DNA of 49,807 bases, counting the filler, from Bipalium vagum (Eukaryota), in assembly GCA_037834085.1 (NCBI GenBank). It is 3 parts of 3 records of this genome, joined end to end, with 100 filler letters (N's around TTAATTAATTAA, not from the genome) between each part and the next. Parts side by side here need not be neighbours in the genome. Positions count along the whole stretch, not along the records: positions 1 to 15,820 come from JBBMKC010143943.1; 2 more parts are not named here. One strand, given 5' to 3'. Positions within the stretch are counted from its first letter, which is position 1. Each line of letters opens with the position of its first letter. The position numbers and the translations under genes are program-made. The notes under the pieces were generated by a model. That model was not told where the DNA came from, made no database searches, and worked only from the letters and a program-made list of their open reading frames with translations. Of this stretch, positions 1 through 12,599 are shown one piece after another.

Positions 1-309
1 GCTTTACTGATTGTTTTGATTTGCATCACCTAAGATTTTGGAGTCAGGTTAAATTTGATACCCTAAATATTGAACAAATTCAATCTTTAACTTTTAATTA
101 TAAATATTTAAATGACTACCACTGAATATTTCGCATTTTATTTCGCCAGGAGATCTGGTAGCCAAATTGGACGGTCTAGGTTTATCAATTAATCTTTCAG
201 AAAATTTTCGAATGATCTTTTTTTGAACATCGTGGTCAAAATAAAAATATGATTTTAATTGCTGTTCAAAATAAAGAGAAGAGAAAACCAATAAACCTAA
301 ATATTTTTA

Positions 310-1369
310 AATACAAAATCTCTTGTTGATTCTTCTTTTGAATGTTTTGTCTCCAAAGCCATTCATACAGGTATGATTGTAGAACCGTAAAATGTGCACC
401 TTTCATCCTGACAACATTGTTTTTGACCTGACCCATATTTACTCTTTTTTGGGTAGCACGGTCTCCCTGTTCTCAAAATTCATTTATGATTCACCGTTAG
501 ATGTGAATAGTTGTTGTTCTTCGCAAATTGAGAGTATCCTCACCATTCATCCCTCATTATAGTTGAACCATGCTGAACAATGGCTCTTATAATGGGTAAT
601 AATGTTGTGGATTTCCGACCTTCCACTAATTGTAAAAAAATGACTGCTGTCTTCGAGTCGTCAACCATGCTAAATACTTAAAACTCATACTTAGGAGGAT
701 ACCATTTATGATTTTTGGGTTGGTATCTTAAAGTGGATTACAAGTAATTATTATAAAGAATAAATAAAAATTACCTTAATAGAAACTCGTCTATTAGAAA
801 TACTCTTTCAACCCCACATAGTTTAAGATGGGTTTTGAAAAAGTTAATGAAACTGTTATCTCCTTTAAGCATAAAATGGAGCAAAAATCGATTTTGAAAT
901 TCGTCTGTCTTTAATGAAAGACTTTTTGGATCTGCCGAGGGCTTACAAATGTATTTTAAATAAATAAATTTGTTCAGAGAAATCTTAATTTTTTTAATAA
1001 AAAGATTTTCTTCTGAGTGAAAAATATTTTCCCTTATTTTTGCAAGCTCGCTGTAAGCCGCCATGAAACACCAGCACTGTTTTTTTCGTTGTTGATTTCT
1101 TTGAAAGACGACCGCAAGAATCACATTTATTTTAAAAATTATTAAATAAAAATTAATTAATTAACATTAAAATACATGATAATAATAATAAACCATATTC
1201 TCTTACGAAGCAAATTTCTTTGGACAGAAGTACTAATAATCAGGTGATTAATGATCTCTGAATCCATATTTCCTAAAGTAAGATAATTAACAGTTGTATA
1301 TATATCTTTTTCAACAGCAATCCTTGCCGATAACATAAATTGATGGTCAGAAAAAAAGGTGATGTCCAT
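310..1369 (-). mobile_element. Merlin (IS1595/ISXO2-like) DDE transposase pseudogene with a 48-nt spliceosomal intron (727-774)
   Basis: Spliced translation ...KLCGVERVFLIDEFLLR^YQPKNHKWYPPKYEF*VFSMVDDSKTAVIFLQLVEGRKSTTLLPIIRAIVQHGSTIMRDEW*GYSQFAKNNNYSHLTVNH...LQSYLYEWLWR matches Merlin motifs (LGG..VxIDES, WVFG, TLLPII, GS.I.SD.W.GY, H.TVNH, YL.E..WR). It has stops and frameshifts. TIRs were not identified, and assignment of the 1157-1369 ORF to this element is less certain. Confidence 0.8.
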
Positions 1370-2439
1370 TTTGTTAAAAAATGATACAAAATTTCTGTTT
1401 AGAAACTATCTTACAAGGCGTGAATAATGAACATTTATTCAATCACATTGAAAAATATTTTAGATTTAACTCTGTGAGAAAGTTGTGGCATGAAGCAAGA
1501 CTTAAATATATTTAAATATTTTTCACCCCCCACATGAAAGAAAAAGGGACAATAACCATAGGATACTGAATTAACAATTCAAAAAAAAATCTTTTGAACT
1601 GGAGTGGACAGTAGTATTGTTCCTGTTAACTTATTCATTTAAGAAAAATTTTGGTTCATCAATGAAAATCAGGTGAATTTTTGTCAATTAGACTTCCCCA
1701 TATAGCATTTTTGTAGTCTTCATCATGTAATTTATGGATATTTTGAATCTTTTATGAATTAAATTGAAGATCTTTTCGTGCTACTTTGTGTACATCTTTA
1801 AAACTATATCAAACTATCTTAGCACTAGTTCTTAGTGATGTCTCAGGTGCTTCTTCATCAGCCTGACTTATTTTCACTTACTTCAGGTAAAAAACACTCC
1901 CAGCTTCTTAGAAATTTTTAAACATCCTTCTCAGTGTCCTCACTGTAGGCATCTTTTCTATTTCAGGTGTTCTAAATGCTCAGACTAAATAGTGTGAATA
2001 ATTTTATCTTAGGTATCAGTAAAACAATTTACATTCTTCAACATTACTAAAATTTGAATATCTGTGTTGATTAAATTAAAATATAAACTATTTTATGTAT
2101 TTATAAATTGGTAGAATATTAAAGAATCTTGAAATAATTATATTCTTAATCTTTAATATACATTTATGTAAATTAAAATGGCGACTTCAAAGTAAAACAA
2201 TACAGTTGATATGATTAATTTGCAAAATCTTTAATACTATTAATATTTAATTAAATAGTTTAATATTAATTATCAATTAATTTTCTATTAAAATATATAA
2301 TTTTGAATAATTTAGTTATATGAGGTTTATAGGAATTTTTATTAACAAAGTATTTTCAACTTCCATTTTACTAAAAATTTTGTTTGTGTTTTAATATTCA
2401 CAATTTAAATATGATTTAATGTTTTTTAGTAACTTTTAA

Positions 2440-5400
2440 ATGAATTTATTCAAGAATAGTAGTTGTTCTTATTGCTTAAAAAAAATTCTAAGTAAATTTA
2501 TATATTGTATTCAATGTAAAATTGAAATTTGTGTAAAAGTAATTTTCAATTCCAAGAAAAATAAAATTAAATAATTAAATAGTGTTTTTGCTACGGCATT
2601 GAAGGTGGTGACCATCGGAAGACACATAAATATAAAATTGAAGTAAATAAATATTTTCCTAAGATTTAGTAAATGATTTTTTGCCAGTCTGTACTCAGAA
2701 AGGATAAATTTTGTCTGTTTAAAAAGGATTCCAAATGGAATTTCGAGGAAGAATTAAAACTAATGGATGCAGTTATTGTTTTTAAAACTGGAAATTGGTG
2801 ATTATTTAAGCAACGTAATTATGATTGAATATCTTATTTTGATTAACAGGGTTGATATTTCATTGATGGTTAAAACCAAAAATTCAGAAGAATGTCGTTT
2901 GCATTTCATTGATCATTACACAAAAAGTTCCTTTGGTCGCGGTTTAATAAAGTATATTAAATTGAACGAGAAGCTTCCACCGAAAAATCCAATTTTCGAC
3001 CATACCGAAGGAGAGTATAGTCCAATATTTTATGAAAAATACCCAATATCCCTCTTGAAACCTGAAGAAGAAAAGCTTTTGGGTTTAATGCCAAACAGGA
3101 ATGAATTTATCTTGGTTATTAATAACTGATCTAAATGAATTGTTAATAATCTATAAAATTGTAGGAAATCAATGACAACGCAGAGCATTTGATTTCAACG
3201 ATGGAACCAACTGGAGATTTAGGAAGTGTGATTTCAGGTATATTTGTGGAGTAGTTATTAAATAATTTAATTTTTTGTAATTTCTCAATTTTTTTTATAG
3301 GGATCACTTAAACTAATTATTTCCATAATTAGTTTCAATAGTTACTACCTGTATTTTAAAATTAGCATGAACTATAGACTATTGTCATACGGTTACAATT
3401 GCAAGGGAAATATAGACAAAAAAATCTACCTTAAATATTTGTTTTTTGAGCGGGTTAGGATTTATTGCTTAAAATTGTCTTATTCAAAGTGTTCTAAAAG
3501 TTTAACTCATTTAGAGACAATTTTTAAAAATATTTTTTTATTTCGTAGAATTTTAACATTTTTATTGATTTGTTTTCATTGGTTCTGACAAAATTTATTA
3601 TCAGCTCAATTATCACAATTATTTGATAATTTAGCACTTCAGACGACGTTAATCGATATTTACAATCGCAAGTTGATTCGACGAAACAAAATCAAGCGCA
3701 TCGCTTGTGAACACAATTTTATTTCACACATCATTGCTCACATTCTCGACAAAGGTCCTCGGGATTATACATTTTTCCATCGTCAAATGCTCAAACGAAT
3801 TTACCCTGCTCACAGTATTTTTTCATTTCCCACACCAACATCCATTCAGAGACACAAATCTCTGTTCGGACGTGTATATATGCGTCGACAACGATCGTTC
3901 ACCACAGATCGAAGTAATGATTCAAACAGTATCGAGTTATCTACCCCTACACCTAGCGAGGTCGATAACAGCTGTCATACAACAGTTCCGAGCTTCCCCT
4001 TTCCTGCTTCCCAGGGATTATTGACACCAATCCAAACGTATCAGCAGATTGAAGATCATCCATCCTGGCACTATAATGCATTGTAGATTTTATTATGCAA
4101 ATTTCGAATATCACATAAAGCACATTTGTCTTCAGCTCTATCAAAGAAGAATTGAGACCGTTCTTGCAATACCTTACCGCTGACACTACCAAACAATTCT
4201 TGGAAAATATGAAAAGTACAATAATTTTTAAGATATATTAATATTTTCAAAATAAACAAAGAACATTTTAATCATGTCAGAAATTAGCTATTTTAATGGG
4301 GTATTTAAATACAAAAAATATTTTTTGAGGATGATGGAAATAATTTTTACGGTGTTTCCGATTATAAGACTTGTCTCATATTAATCTGGTGGTTGAAAAA
4401 CCTACTAGGTCTTATATTGGTATATTTTTAAAATGACATTAAAATTAAAATTTTAATATAAAAATCCAAAAACGTTGTTATTAGGATTTCATCTTCTTCC
4501 ATTACATTTTATTAAGTTGTCCCATTTGATGATTCTTCGTAACAGCACTGTTGAGTACATGTATATACCATGATCTTTATCATTAAAGATTTTTATCAAA
4601 TAAATTAATATATTTGTTATCATGATAAATTATCATACTATAAGATGTTTCTAAGAAATAAATACGTTTAAGTAATATGTTTAGTAATAATTTGAAATCA
4701 TTCTAATCAATTTCAATCAATATCACAGTTTAATAATTAATATTTCTTTCAAAAATTATTAAATATTTTCTTTATTTCATTCAAAATTTTACGTAAAAAA
4801 TTCATAATGATTTTGATAATTTTTGTTTTGCATATTTTAATTTAATTTATATTATTTATTTAGATAAGTTGAAAAATTTTTAATCTTAATTTGTAAGTAG
4901 TATGTTTTTATGATTATTTAATTATAGAATGAAATCAGACTATGGGTGGAAGGACCTCTTTCCCATAACTACTTAATAAATCCTAATCACCAATTTCTTC
5001 GTCTTCATCTAAATATTAAAAATTTCACTTCATCTATTGATTGTTTTTCCTTTGAATTTTATGATGTTTTGAAATCCCATTTGAAACATCGCCGATATTT
5101 CGGAGAACCTTTTGAACAATTTTTTAGTGAAAATAATGATTTAGATATTCGGTTTTGTTATATAATGAAGCAATTGTCTAAATTAGTCTTTTCATTGGAC
5201 ATAGTGGGGCATACATTATGAACATAAAGTGTTAGTGTAGGGAATTTTTTCTGATCAGTCTCACAAACCGAGGCGAGGGAAAAACTGATTTGAAATGGAG
5301 TCAATCATGTTGGGAGGTGCCGACATTCTAATCAATATTGATATAAAACCAAAGACAACAGTGCAAAGCTCAGTTGTCACTTGTTCTGAATCTTCAAACA

Positions 5401-8400
5401 AAGCGCCCCTATATTATTTTCTTTGCTTTTGATTCTTTTTTGTTTCTGAGGAAATGATTTCTAACAGCGGTTACTTGGTTAAGCTGGTTTTTTATTCAAA
5501 AATTACTAATTAAAAAAAAAGTCAAATCGATTGTCACAAACATGAAAGTGAGCAAAATAATTTTCTTATTTACAATCTCATATTAATTTCTTTATTTCCA
5601 CTTTTCTCGATCTCGTAATTGTGACTCGTTCGATGAATCTGTTTATCGTCGTTTTCAGTTTTCCCACTGGACACAGATCTAAATGGTACAAAAAAAATTC
5701 ATGAACCTCTTCCCATCTCACGACATTCATTTCTTTCTCGACTTAATATTGATTTAATATTTTTCTAAAATTTTCATTTTCAATTTGATTTTGGAGGAAT
5801 ATATATAAGAACAATCTACTGACTAAAAATCAATAGGTGTCCTTAAAATTATCTTAAAATTTCCAATTTATATCAAAATAATAATAATCATATAATAATA
5901 ATATAATAAAAATAAAAGTTATTAGCCACAAAATCAAGAAAAGATATTTATGTATAAAATCTATTTTTTCAAAGCATGCATCATAATCTGCCGCTTAACT
6001 GTTTATTCAATAAATTAATATAATGTGTCTTTTATTTTCAAGCAATTTTTGCAAAATGTAATTTTAAAATTTAATAAAATAAATCTTTAAAATATTAACT
6101 AATCTAAGTCTAATCTATTTTAAATATTGATGCATGTTATAGGAATTTAAAAGTTCTATAATTTGTTTAAATATTTACATCTCATCTCTATAAGAATTTT
6201 TAATTTTTTTTTCACTTTTCATTCCATTGTTTTCATTATTTAAGAAAATCTTCATGTATTTTTTTATTCATATAGTCTTGCACTATTCAAAACTGTGATT
6301 CTATTTATAGTTCGGTGTCAACAAAAAGATATTCATTGAATCTGTTTGATTTATGTATTAAATATACTGTAGATTCAAAAACCTCTCCGCAATCTACATG
6401 TATTTATTTCGGTGGGCCATATTGAAAAATCCACTTTTCGTTATTATTCTTCTGATTGTTTCTTTATCCTGTTTCATTATCGCCGTTTACGAAATGTACT
6501 TGTAATAATAGCATGTATGTATGATTTTCTTTAACAGGAAATTTTTAATAAGCCACAAATATATATAAGGTGTCTCAAAAAATGTATACACACTTAAAAT
6601 AATTACAAATCAAAAGTTTGTATACCTAGTGACAGTTTTATCGTATATATTTTTGTTTTTGTAATTCCTTTGTTTCTGAAAGATCTCACACTGTCTTATA
6701 ACTTCAGCTGCTGTGCTTTTCAAATCTTCCTTGTCTTGTAAGTCAAAAATGTATTTTATAACCTGCAAAGATCTATGTATTTCTTCCACAACAATCACCC
6801 CTTGACTATTGGAATCAATATCTTTCTTTTTTTGACTATGACATCTTCCAAAAGGAGTGTGTTTCTATTTTCATTAATTTGATTTTTTTCCTTTTCGTTA
6901 TTCTACCATATATTTTCTGTATTTTTGTGTATTGCATTTATGGCTCTTGTTTGTTTTCTCGATCTTATCTTTATGAATCATCATACACTAAGCACGGGTC
7001 ACAATTCTTCCTCGATAATATGCCCGCATTTATGTGCTCAATTCATTTTCTGTATTTAAGCCCAATGTCCAGGTTATTGAAATAATTTTCCGATGTCTAA
7101 AATTGTGGAGGGATTGGGTTTTAGTCTTGAGCATGAATTCAATTTCTTTATGATCCGTTATCACTAGGAATTTTTTAAACTTTAAAACCTCATTTAATAT
7201 CTCGTAATGATCTTCTGGTTTTAGTATGAATCATTATGCCTAATCTAAGTAGATTATCGCGTAGACCTAAAACTTTCCTCATCACTACTGAAGAAGTTTC
7301 TAGGAATGCTGCAATACCAAAAATTCCAAAAAAGAATAATTTTATGATTCCACTGTCAATTCCATAAGCCAATTAAATATTTTGCTTTTCCTTATCTGTC
7401 TAGTAAATCCTCTATATTCGACAAAGGAAAAGCTTGTCTTTCCGTCAACTGATTCAATTTCCTAAAATCTAAAAAGAGTTTAATGTCCTTTCTTTTTTCC
7501 ACACGCCAATTAGTCGAGCATTCCATGGCGAATTACCTTTTCTTATTATTCTTCTTATTATCTCCTATAAATTTTTTATTAAAAAAATCAAAATTTTCTT
7601 CTTAATCTATAGGTGATTTTCACAATTTTTTGTTGATTGCTGGTTTTATAAATCCATTATCCCATGAATGCTTCCTTATTGTCATCCTATAATCTCAAAC
7701 AGTTGTTTTTGTTGATTACTAATATCTTTGTTTTCAGCAAACACGTCTCATCTCTAACAATTCCAAATTTCGCTTAAATGTTAATTATCTGTGTCTTCCT
7801 TTCTACTGAAATCTTTGGTAATTTAAAACTTCAAAAAACGTATTAGAAACACTTCTTTTGCATTTTTCCTACATTTTCTAGTTCATAAAATGTTTTTGGA
7901 TTAATTACATGTATACTATCTCCGGTATTCAATAAAAATTCTAATGGCTAATATTTCGTAATTCTATATATTTATAGTTATATTTTGTTTCCATGGCAAC
8001 GGGATTGTAATTTCTTAGTATATGGTATTCTGAGCCATATGCGAAACATTATCTTTTCAGATCTGAGTAGTTTTTGCTCATGGGGTTCATTCTGTTGCAA
8101 CTTAGCAAATAATCTCTAACATGTTCCTGTTTCCATTTTTTATTTACATAAACAATATTGCTGTAGGGCTTGTAGTTTGTGGTTCCTGGCTTTCTGATCT
8201 TGATTTTGGTCTTCTCTGCACCTTTGTCGGAGACCGCGTTTACTTATATTGGTATCAATCTTTGTCAATTTCTTAATCTCGTTTATCATCTCTTCTGAAT
8301 CCATTTTTTCTTTGTAAATGTTGCAATATTTTTGCAGAAGTGTAATAAAGATTCTCTTCCCAGGTTTTCCTTATCATACATATATTACATTAAATGGTCA

Positions 8401-11400
8401 ACTGAATCACTAACACTTTTGACATCAACGTCGATATTCTCTTTAATACGCTTATAATTGAAAACTTTTTTGAAATCCCTCACTTTAAATTTTAGTTTTC
8501 CAAATGCGCTTCTTATCCACTTTGTAATTTTTTTTCGAATCCGTTAACTATTATTTTTCTCTAAAAACGCTCTCCATCAATTCTATCACTTGCGATCCTC
8601 AAACATTCTTTGGAACGTCTATCATGTCAACATAATCCTTATATTTGTTAAGAAATCTTTCTACTTTATCAGATTTTTTAAATAGGTCCGGTTTCAAAAT
8701 TCACCATGAACTTCTCTGGTTGTGATCGTCATACTAACTGAAATATCAAGAGAAGGAATTTTATCTATTAAATTGATATTTGCAAAACACGCACCAAAAA
8801 TCTTTTATTATTTAAACAAAAGCTGGTTATTCAATAAATTAATATAATATGCCTTTCTTATTTTCAATTTAATAAGTTTTTGCAAAATGTCAATTTAGGA
8901 TTTCAAAAATTAAATCTTTAAAATATTGAATAATCTAAATTTAGTTAATTTTAAATATTGAGGCATATAATAATTTTAAAAATTCTAGAATCTGTTTTAA
9001 TATTTTGTTATAATAATAATTGTTAGCTGCAATATCAACAAAATCAGTCATCGTTTTAAAGAATATTTTTGAATACCTTTTACAAATAATAATACTTGAA
9101 CAATTTTTCAAATCTTAACAGATTAATATAGCTTGCCCTTATAATTAAATATCAAAATTTATTTCAATAAAATTATTTTAAAATAATTCTACAAAATTAA
9201 ATTAATATTAGAATTAAATTTACACTCAGTTAAAAATTTAAATTAGACCGTATAAAAATTCAAAAATTAGAAAATCAGTTTAAATACTCACAATAATAAT
9301 AATAATCATAATAATAGCTACATTTTTCTTGATTAACATTTCAGATACAATATTATTAGACATATAAAGATTATATTTCGTCATCAAAAACTATCATTCA
9401 AACAAATCTCGTAAATTACATAACTCCATCTATCATCATAACTATGGGCATCTCTTTAACCATTCAATGCTTCTTAGTTTAACTCCGCCTGGACCACTCA
9501 GCTCAATTTGGTGCAACGATATAAATTTGTAATTGTACATGGGCCTATATTTAGGAAATCGTTTTCCTTCCTGTTTTGTGCCTCTTTCTGACCAGTACCT
9601 TTTCGCCAATCATGAACTCTTGCTGGCCTCATTTGTCTTTCTCGAAAACGTTCATCTTGTCTGCCGCGTCTTTCTCGCTTATCTAGTTATATCTCTATCT
9701 GAATAGCTAGTTCCGTTGACCTCAGAGCGCAGTTATTTTGTAACGAAAAACGATCTTGAGTCGCATTGACGCTAAATTCTATTCGTGCCACTTCCTTTCT
9801 TCACTACCTACCTTCAAGTAGGTCTTTATTTTATCTCGTATGGTGCGTATAACTCTTTCCACTAGTCCATTGGATTGATGTTGGTAAGGAGTGCTGGATT
9901 CATGCGTTATCTTCAGGTCTATCCACTTTTCTGCAGCCATACACATCCAAGGTATTTTCCTCTGTCCGTCTTTGGTATGCTGAATTTGTAGATCTAGTTG
10001 TTCTTTACCGACTTGCATGTTGCCTGATCACCAAGTTTGGACAATGGATCTGCCTTACTAATTTGCTGATAAAATTAATAATGACAACTAAATATTTGTG
10101 ATGAGCTCCTGCTTTTTCCATATAAGCCACATCTATTACGATCTATTCCAAAAATGTGAGTTTCTTCTGGGGATCAATTATTCTTTCGTCGCTAATACCT
10201 TTTCCATGAATTCTTCTATCAATATAGTCCCTTATATGTTCAACTGAATTTAAATCGGGAGAATTTGGTGGCAAATCTGAGACAAGTATCGATTTTTGTT
10301 ACATTCACATTTTCACCGATTTCGCTTTATGACATCGCGCATTATCTTGTTGAAATAGATATTCATCATCTGGATGCAGTGTAGAAACAGATTGAAGCAA
10401 TGGTAACATGCGGTATTTATCTTTTACCTGTGACATTTAAGCAGCACTCCCACACCTTTATGCTTGAAGCAGCCCAAAACAATAATCCAATATTTAAATT
10501 TCGATGTTTTTGCAAGACTAAACGAAACTTAGTTTCGTCATAAAAAATCACTGATCTCCAATACTGAAATGTTTCATTTTTATATTTCTTAGCCCATATA
10601 AATCTTTTTTGAATATTAGCTTGTTATAAAATTGGTTTGCGGTGGCATCAATGGAACTTAAGCCCGAAAGTCTGCAATCGAAGAGAAATTGTAAGTTTGT
10701 TTATGTTAACACTTGTAATCTTTTCAAACTTTGAGGATAAAAAAGGTCTTGATATTTTTCGATTTTTCAAAGTCAACATTTTTAAACATCTGCTATCCCT
10801 TGGCGTCAATGGCCCACCACTATCTTTTGTTATACTTACATTTCCAGTTGTACATTCTTTTAAAATAATCTTCCGAAAGGCAATTTGGGAAACAGATGAC
10901 TGATTTTTTTCCAACATCATCCTACTTATGTGTTTATAGGAAAACTCGCGAAATGCGCATACCTTTGAACGGTTTTAATTTGATAATTGATAGCCACATG
11001 TTGAATTTATTATTGTGTATCTCTTAACCATAAGATAAAGATACTTTATGGCGAATTTTAAAAATATCTTCAGTAGAATAAAAATATCAATTTTTTGAAA
11101 TTTTGCAATTCTTAAACCAAATAATTTGAAATTTGAAAGAATTTCATTTTGAAGTATAATTAAACAACATTATTAAATTTATTTGGATTAAATTTAATCT
11201 AAAAACTTAAGTAACCTTTAATAAATAAATAAAATAATATTATTATTCCTGCGAACAAATAAATAAAAAACACACACCTTTACTTAAAAGTTGTCCCATC
11301 ATTATTCTACATGAAATTAAAATTTAAATTTGTGTACTGGCTTTAGTTAATAATTTTCTACAACATACCAAAAACCGTTTCTGATTATCTTTAAAATTAT

Positions 11401-12175
11401 TAATTTTATAGCAGTTTAAGAAACAAATTAATGAAAATTTTAAGGTGTTAACTTTTTTTATGGACCGTAGTATATATATACAGCATCCAGCGTCCTGAGA
11501 AAAATTATTTTGGCTTCTTACCAGTAACAGTCATATGATGTCATCTAGCGAATGCAAGGTTTGTTTGAACCATACCAATAACAGTCAACGTGAAATTTTC
11601 GATTTTTTAAAATAATTATCACTTTTATTTAAATTTTCAAACAGAAAATTATTCCAAACTTTTATGAAGTTATTTAACATACGATTTCAAAATTTAACTT
11701 TTTCATACTATGGCACATTATAATCCCTCAATAATTTCAAGCAATAACTGTCAAATGCAATTATCAACTTTTATTGGAACTTGTATGTTTGTGTTGGTCC
11801 AACCTTGAATTATTTATTTCATTAGAAGAAGAGCAGTTGAGATCAGAAATTCTTACTCTACAAAAATGTGTAAAGCATGGCATACTGAGCTACGAAGGTA
11901 AAACGATTTTTCTGTTCTAGTCTGCACAACATTTTGTGAATGTCGACTTTTGATTTACCATGGTCATTCTTGTAGACTATAAAGAGAAGTTGGCCGATCA
12001 CAATAGCAAAAACAAGAACAAGACCAAGATTGCAACCGTACTCCGAGAAGACATCAAGCTAAAATCCCATACGAAGAGAAAGCGCGGAAAATCGAGAAAT
12101 TTCGGATTCAACCGCATGCTGCGGCGCCGAAGACTGAAAAAGTATCTGAGCTCGTTGGAGAATCGAGATACATAA
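2440..12175 (+). CDS. TADA2B: Transcriptional adapter 2-beta (Ada2b)-like, SAGA HAT-module subunit; exons 2440-2538, 2583-2642, 2688-2797, 2850-3114, 3165-3237, 3635-4037, 4136-4215, 11826-11897, 11976-12175
   Basis: All introns are GT-AG and frame-preserving. ZZ finger: CSYC..CIQC..EICVKCF..GDHRKTH. SANT: WNFEEELKLMDAV..GNWVDIS..TKNSEECRLHF. Ada boxes: IFDHT, LGLMPNRNEFILEINDNAEHLIS, LIDIYNRKLIRRNKIKRIA, ELRPFLQYL..FLENMKKEEQLRSEI..LQKCVKHGI. The DHT and LRP..Q motifs favour 2B over 2A. The 4038-4135 intron boundaries are the least certain. Confidence 0.88.
4348..4422. mobile_element. Possible Tc2/pogo-like MITE terminus
   Basis: TACGGTGTTTCCGATTATAAGAC...GGTCTTATATT resembles pogo/Tigger-type ends with an internal ATAAGAC/GTCTTAT inverted pair; partner end not found. 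Confidence 0.3.
5925..9005 (-). mobile_element. Decayed, internally deleted Ty3/Gypsy LTR retrotransposon inside TADA2B intron 7
   Basis: Diverged direct repeats at ~5925-6179 and ~8745-9005 share ttattcaataaattaatataat...ttttgcaaaatgt...taaatctttaaaatatt. The 3' LTR starts TGTA at 6179(-), directly after purine tract AGAGATGAGA. Remnants in Gypsy order: protease FLLNTGDS (~7930), RT SPWNARL..LDFRKLNQLTERQAFPL (~7420-7550), RNase H ITDHK (~7155), integrase WIFQYGPPK.IHVDCGEVFES (~6370-6435). Confidence 0.8.
9360..10220 (-). mobile_element. Second Ty3/Gypsy fragment (integrase)
   Basis: ORF 9779-10018 has STPYQHQSNGLVERVIRTIRDKI (integrase third acidic residue region). Upstream is IDVAY..KYLVVII and downstream a GPY-like remnant. 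Confidence 0.75.
10225..11470 (-). mobile_element. Tc1-family DNA transposon, 3'-truncated and frameshifted
   Basis: GGPLTPRDSRCL, TISLRLQTFG, VIFYDETKF, FQQDNARCHKAK and LPPNSPDLNSVEH are Tc1 DD34E motifs. The terminus reads CTACGGTCCATAAAAAAAGTTAACACC next to TA at 11471-11472. Confidence 0.85.
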
Positions 12176-12599
12176 TCTTTTATATATTGTGCATTTTTAA
12201 ACCAATATATTTTGATGAATTGATTGTAATTGCATTTATAGTGATATAATTTTTATTTAATTATTATTATTATTATTATTCGTTTTAAATACAAATAAAA
12301 TTTGCCCAATGTTCTTTTGTCATGTGTTTTGTGAAAAGTTATAATTAATAATAATAAAATTAAAAAAAACCAGCTTTCTGTGCTACGATGGTAAATAGGT
12401 TTGTCATCAAGTGAAGATCAATATTAGTTCTGAATTTAATCAAAGCCTAACAATAAAAATTGCAATAACTTATTTAATTTCTTGTTTATTTTTAATTGCA
12501 TTAACAAAAGATCAAAATCTACAGTAATATTCAACGCAAGGACCTATGCAGCGAATAACATTAATAATAAGAAAATCTAGAAATATAAATTGTCATCCT

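Noticed and set aside
3707-4259. Alternative-frame and antisense ORFs (3707+, 3953-, 4071-)
   Set aside because: They overlap TADA2B exons 6-7 and show no recognisable motifs.
4940-5460. Possible hAT dimerisation-domain remnant on the minus strand (KFPTL...)
   Set aside because: Too degenerate to support.
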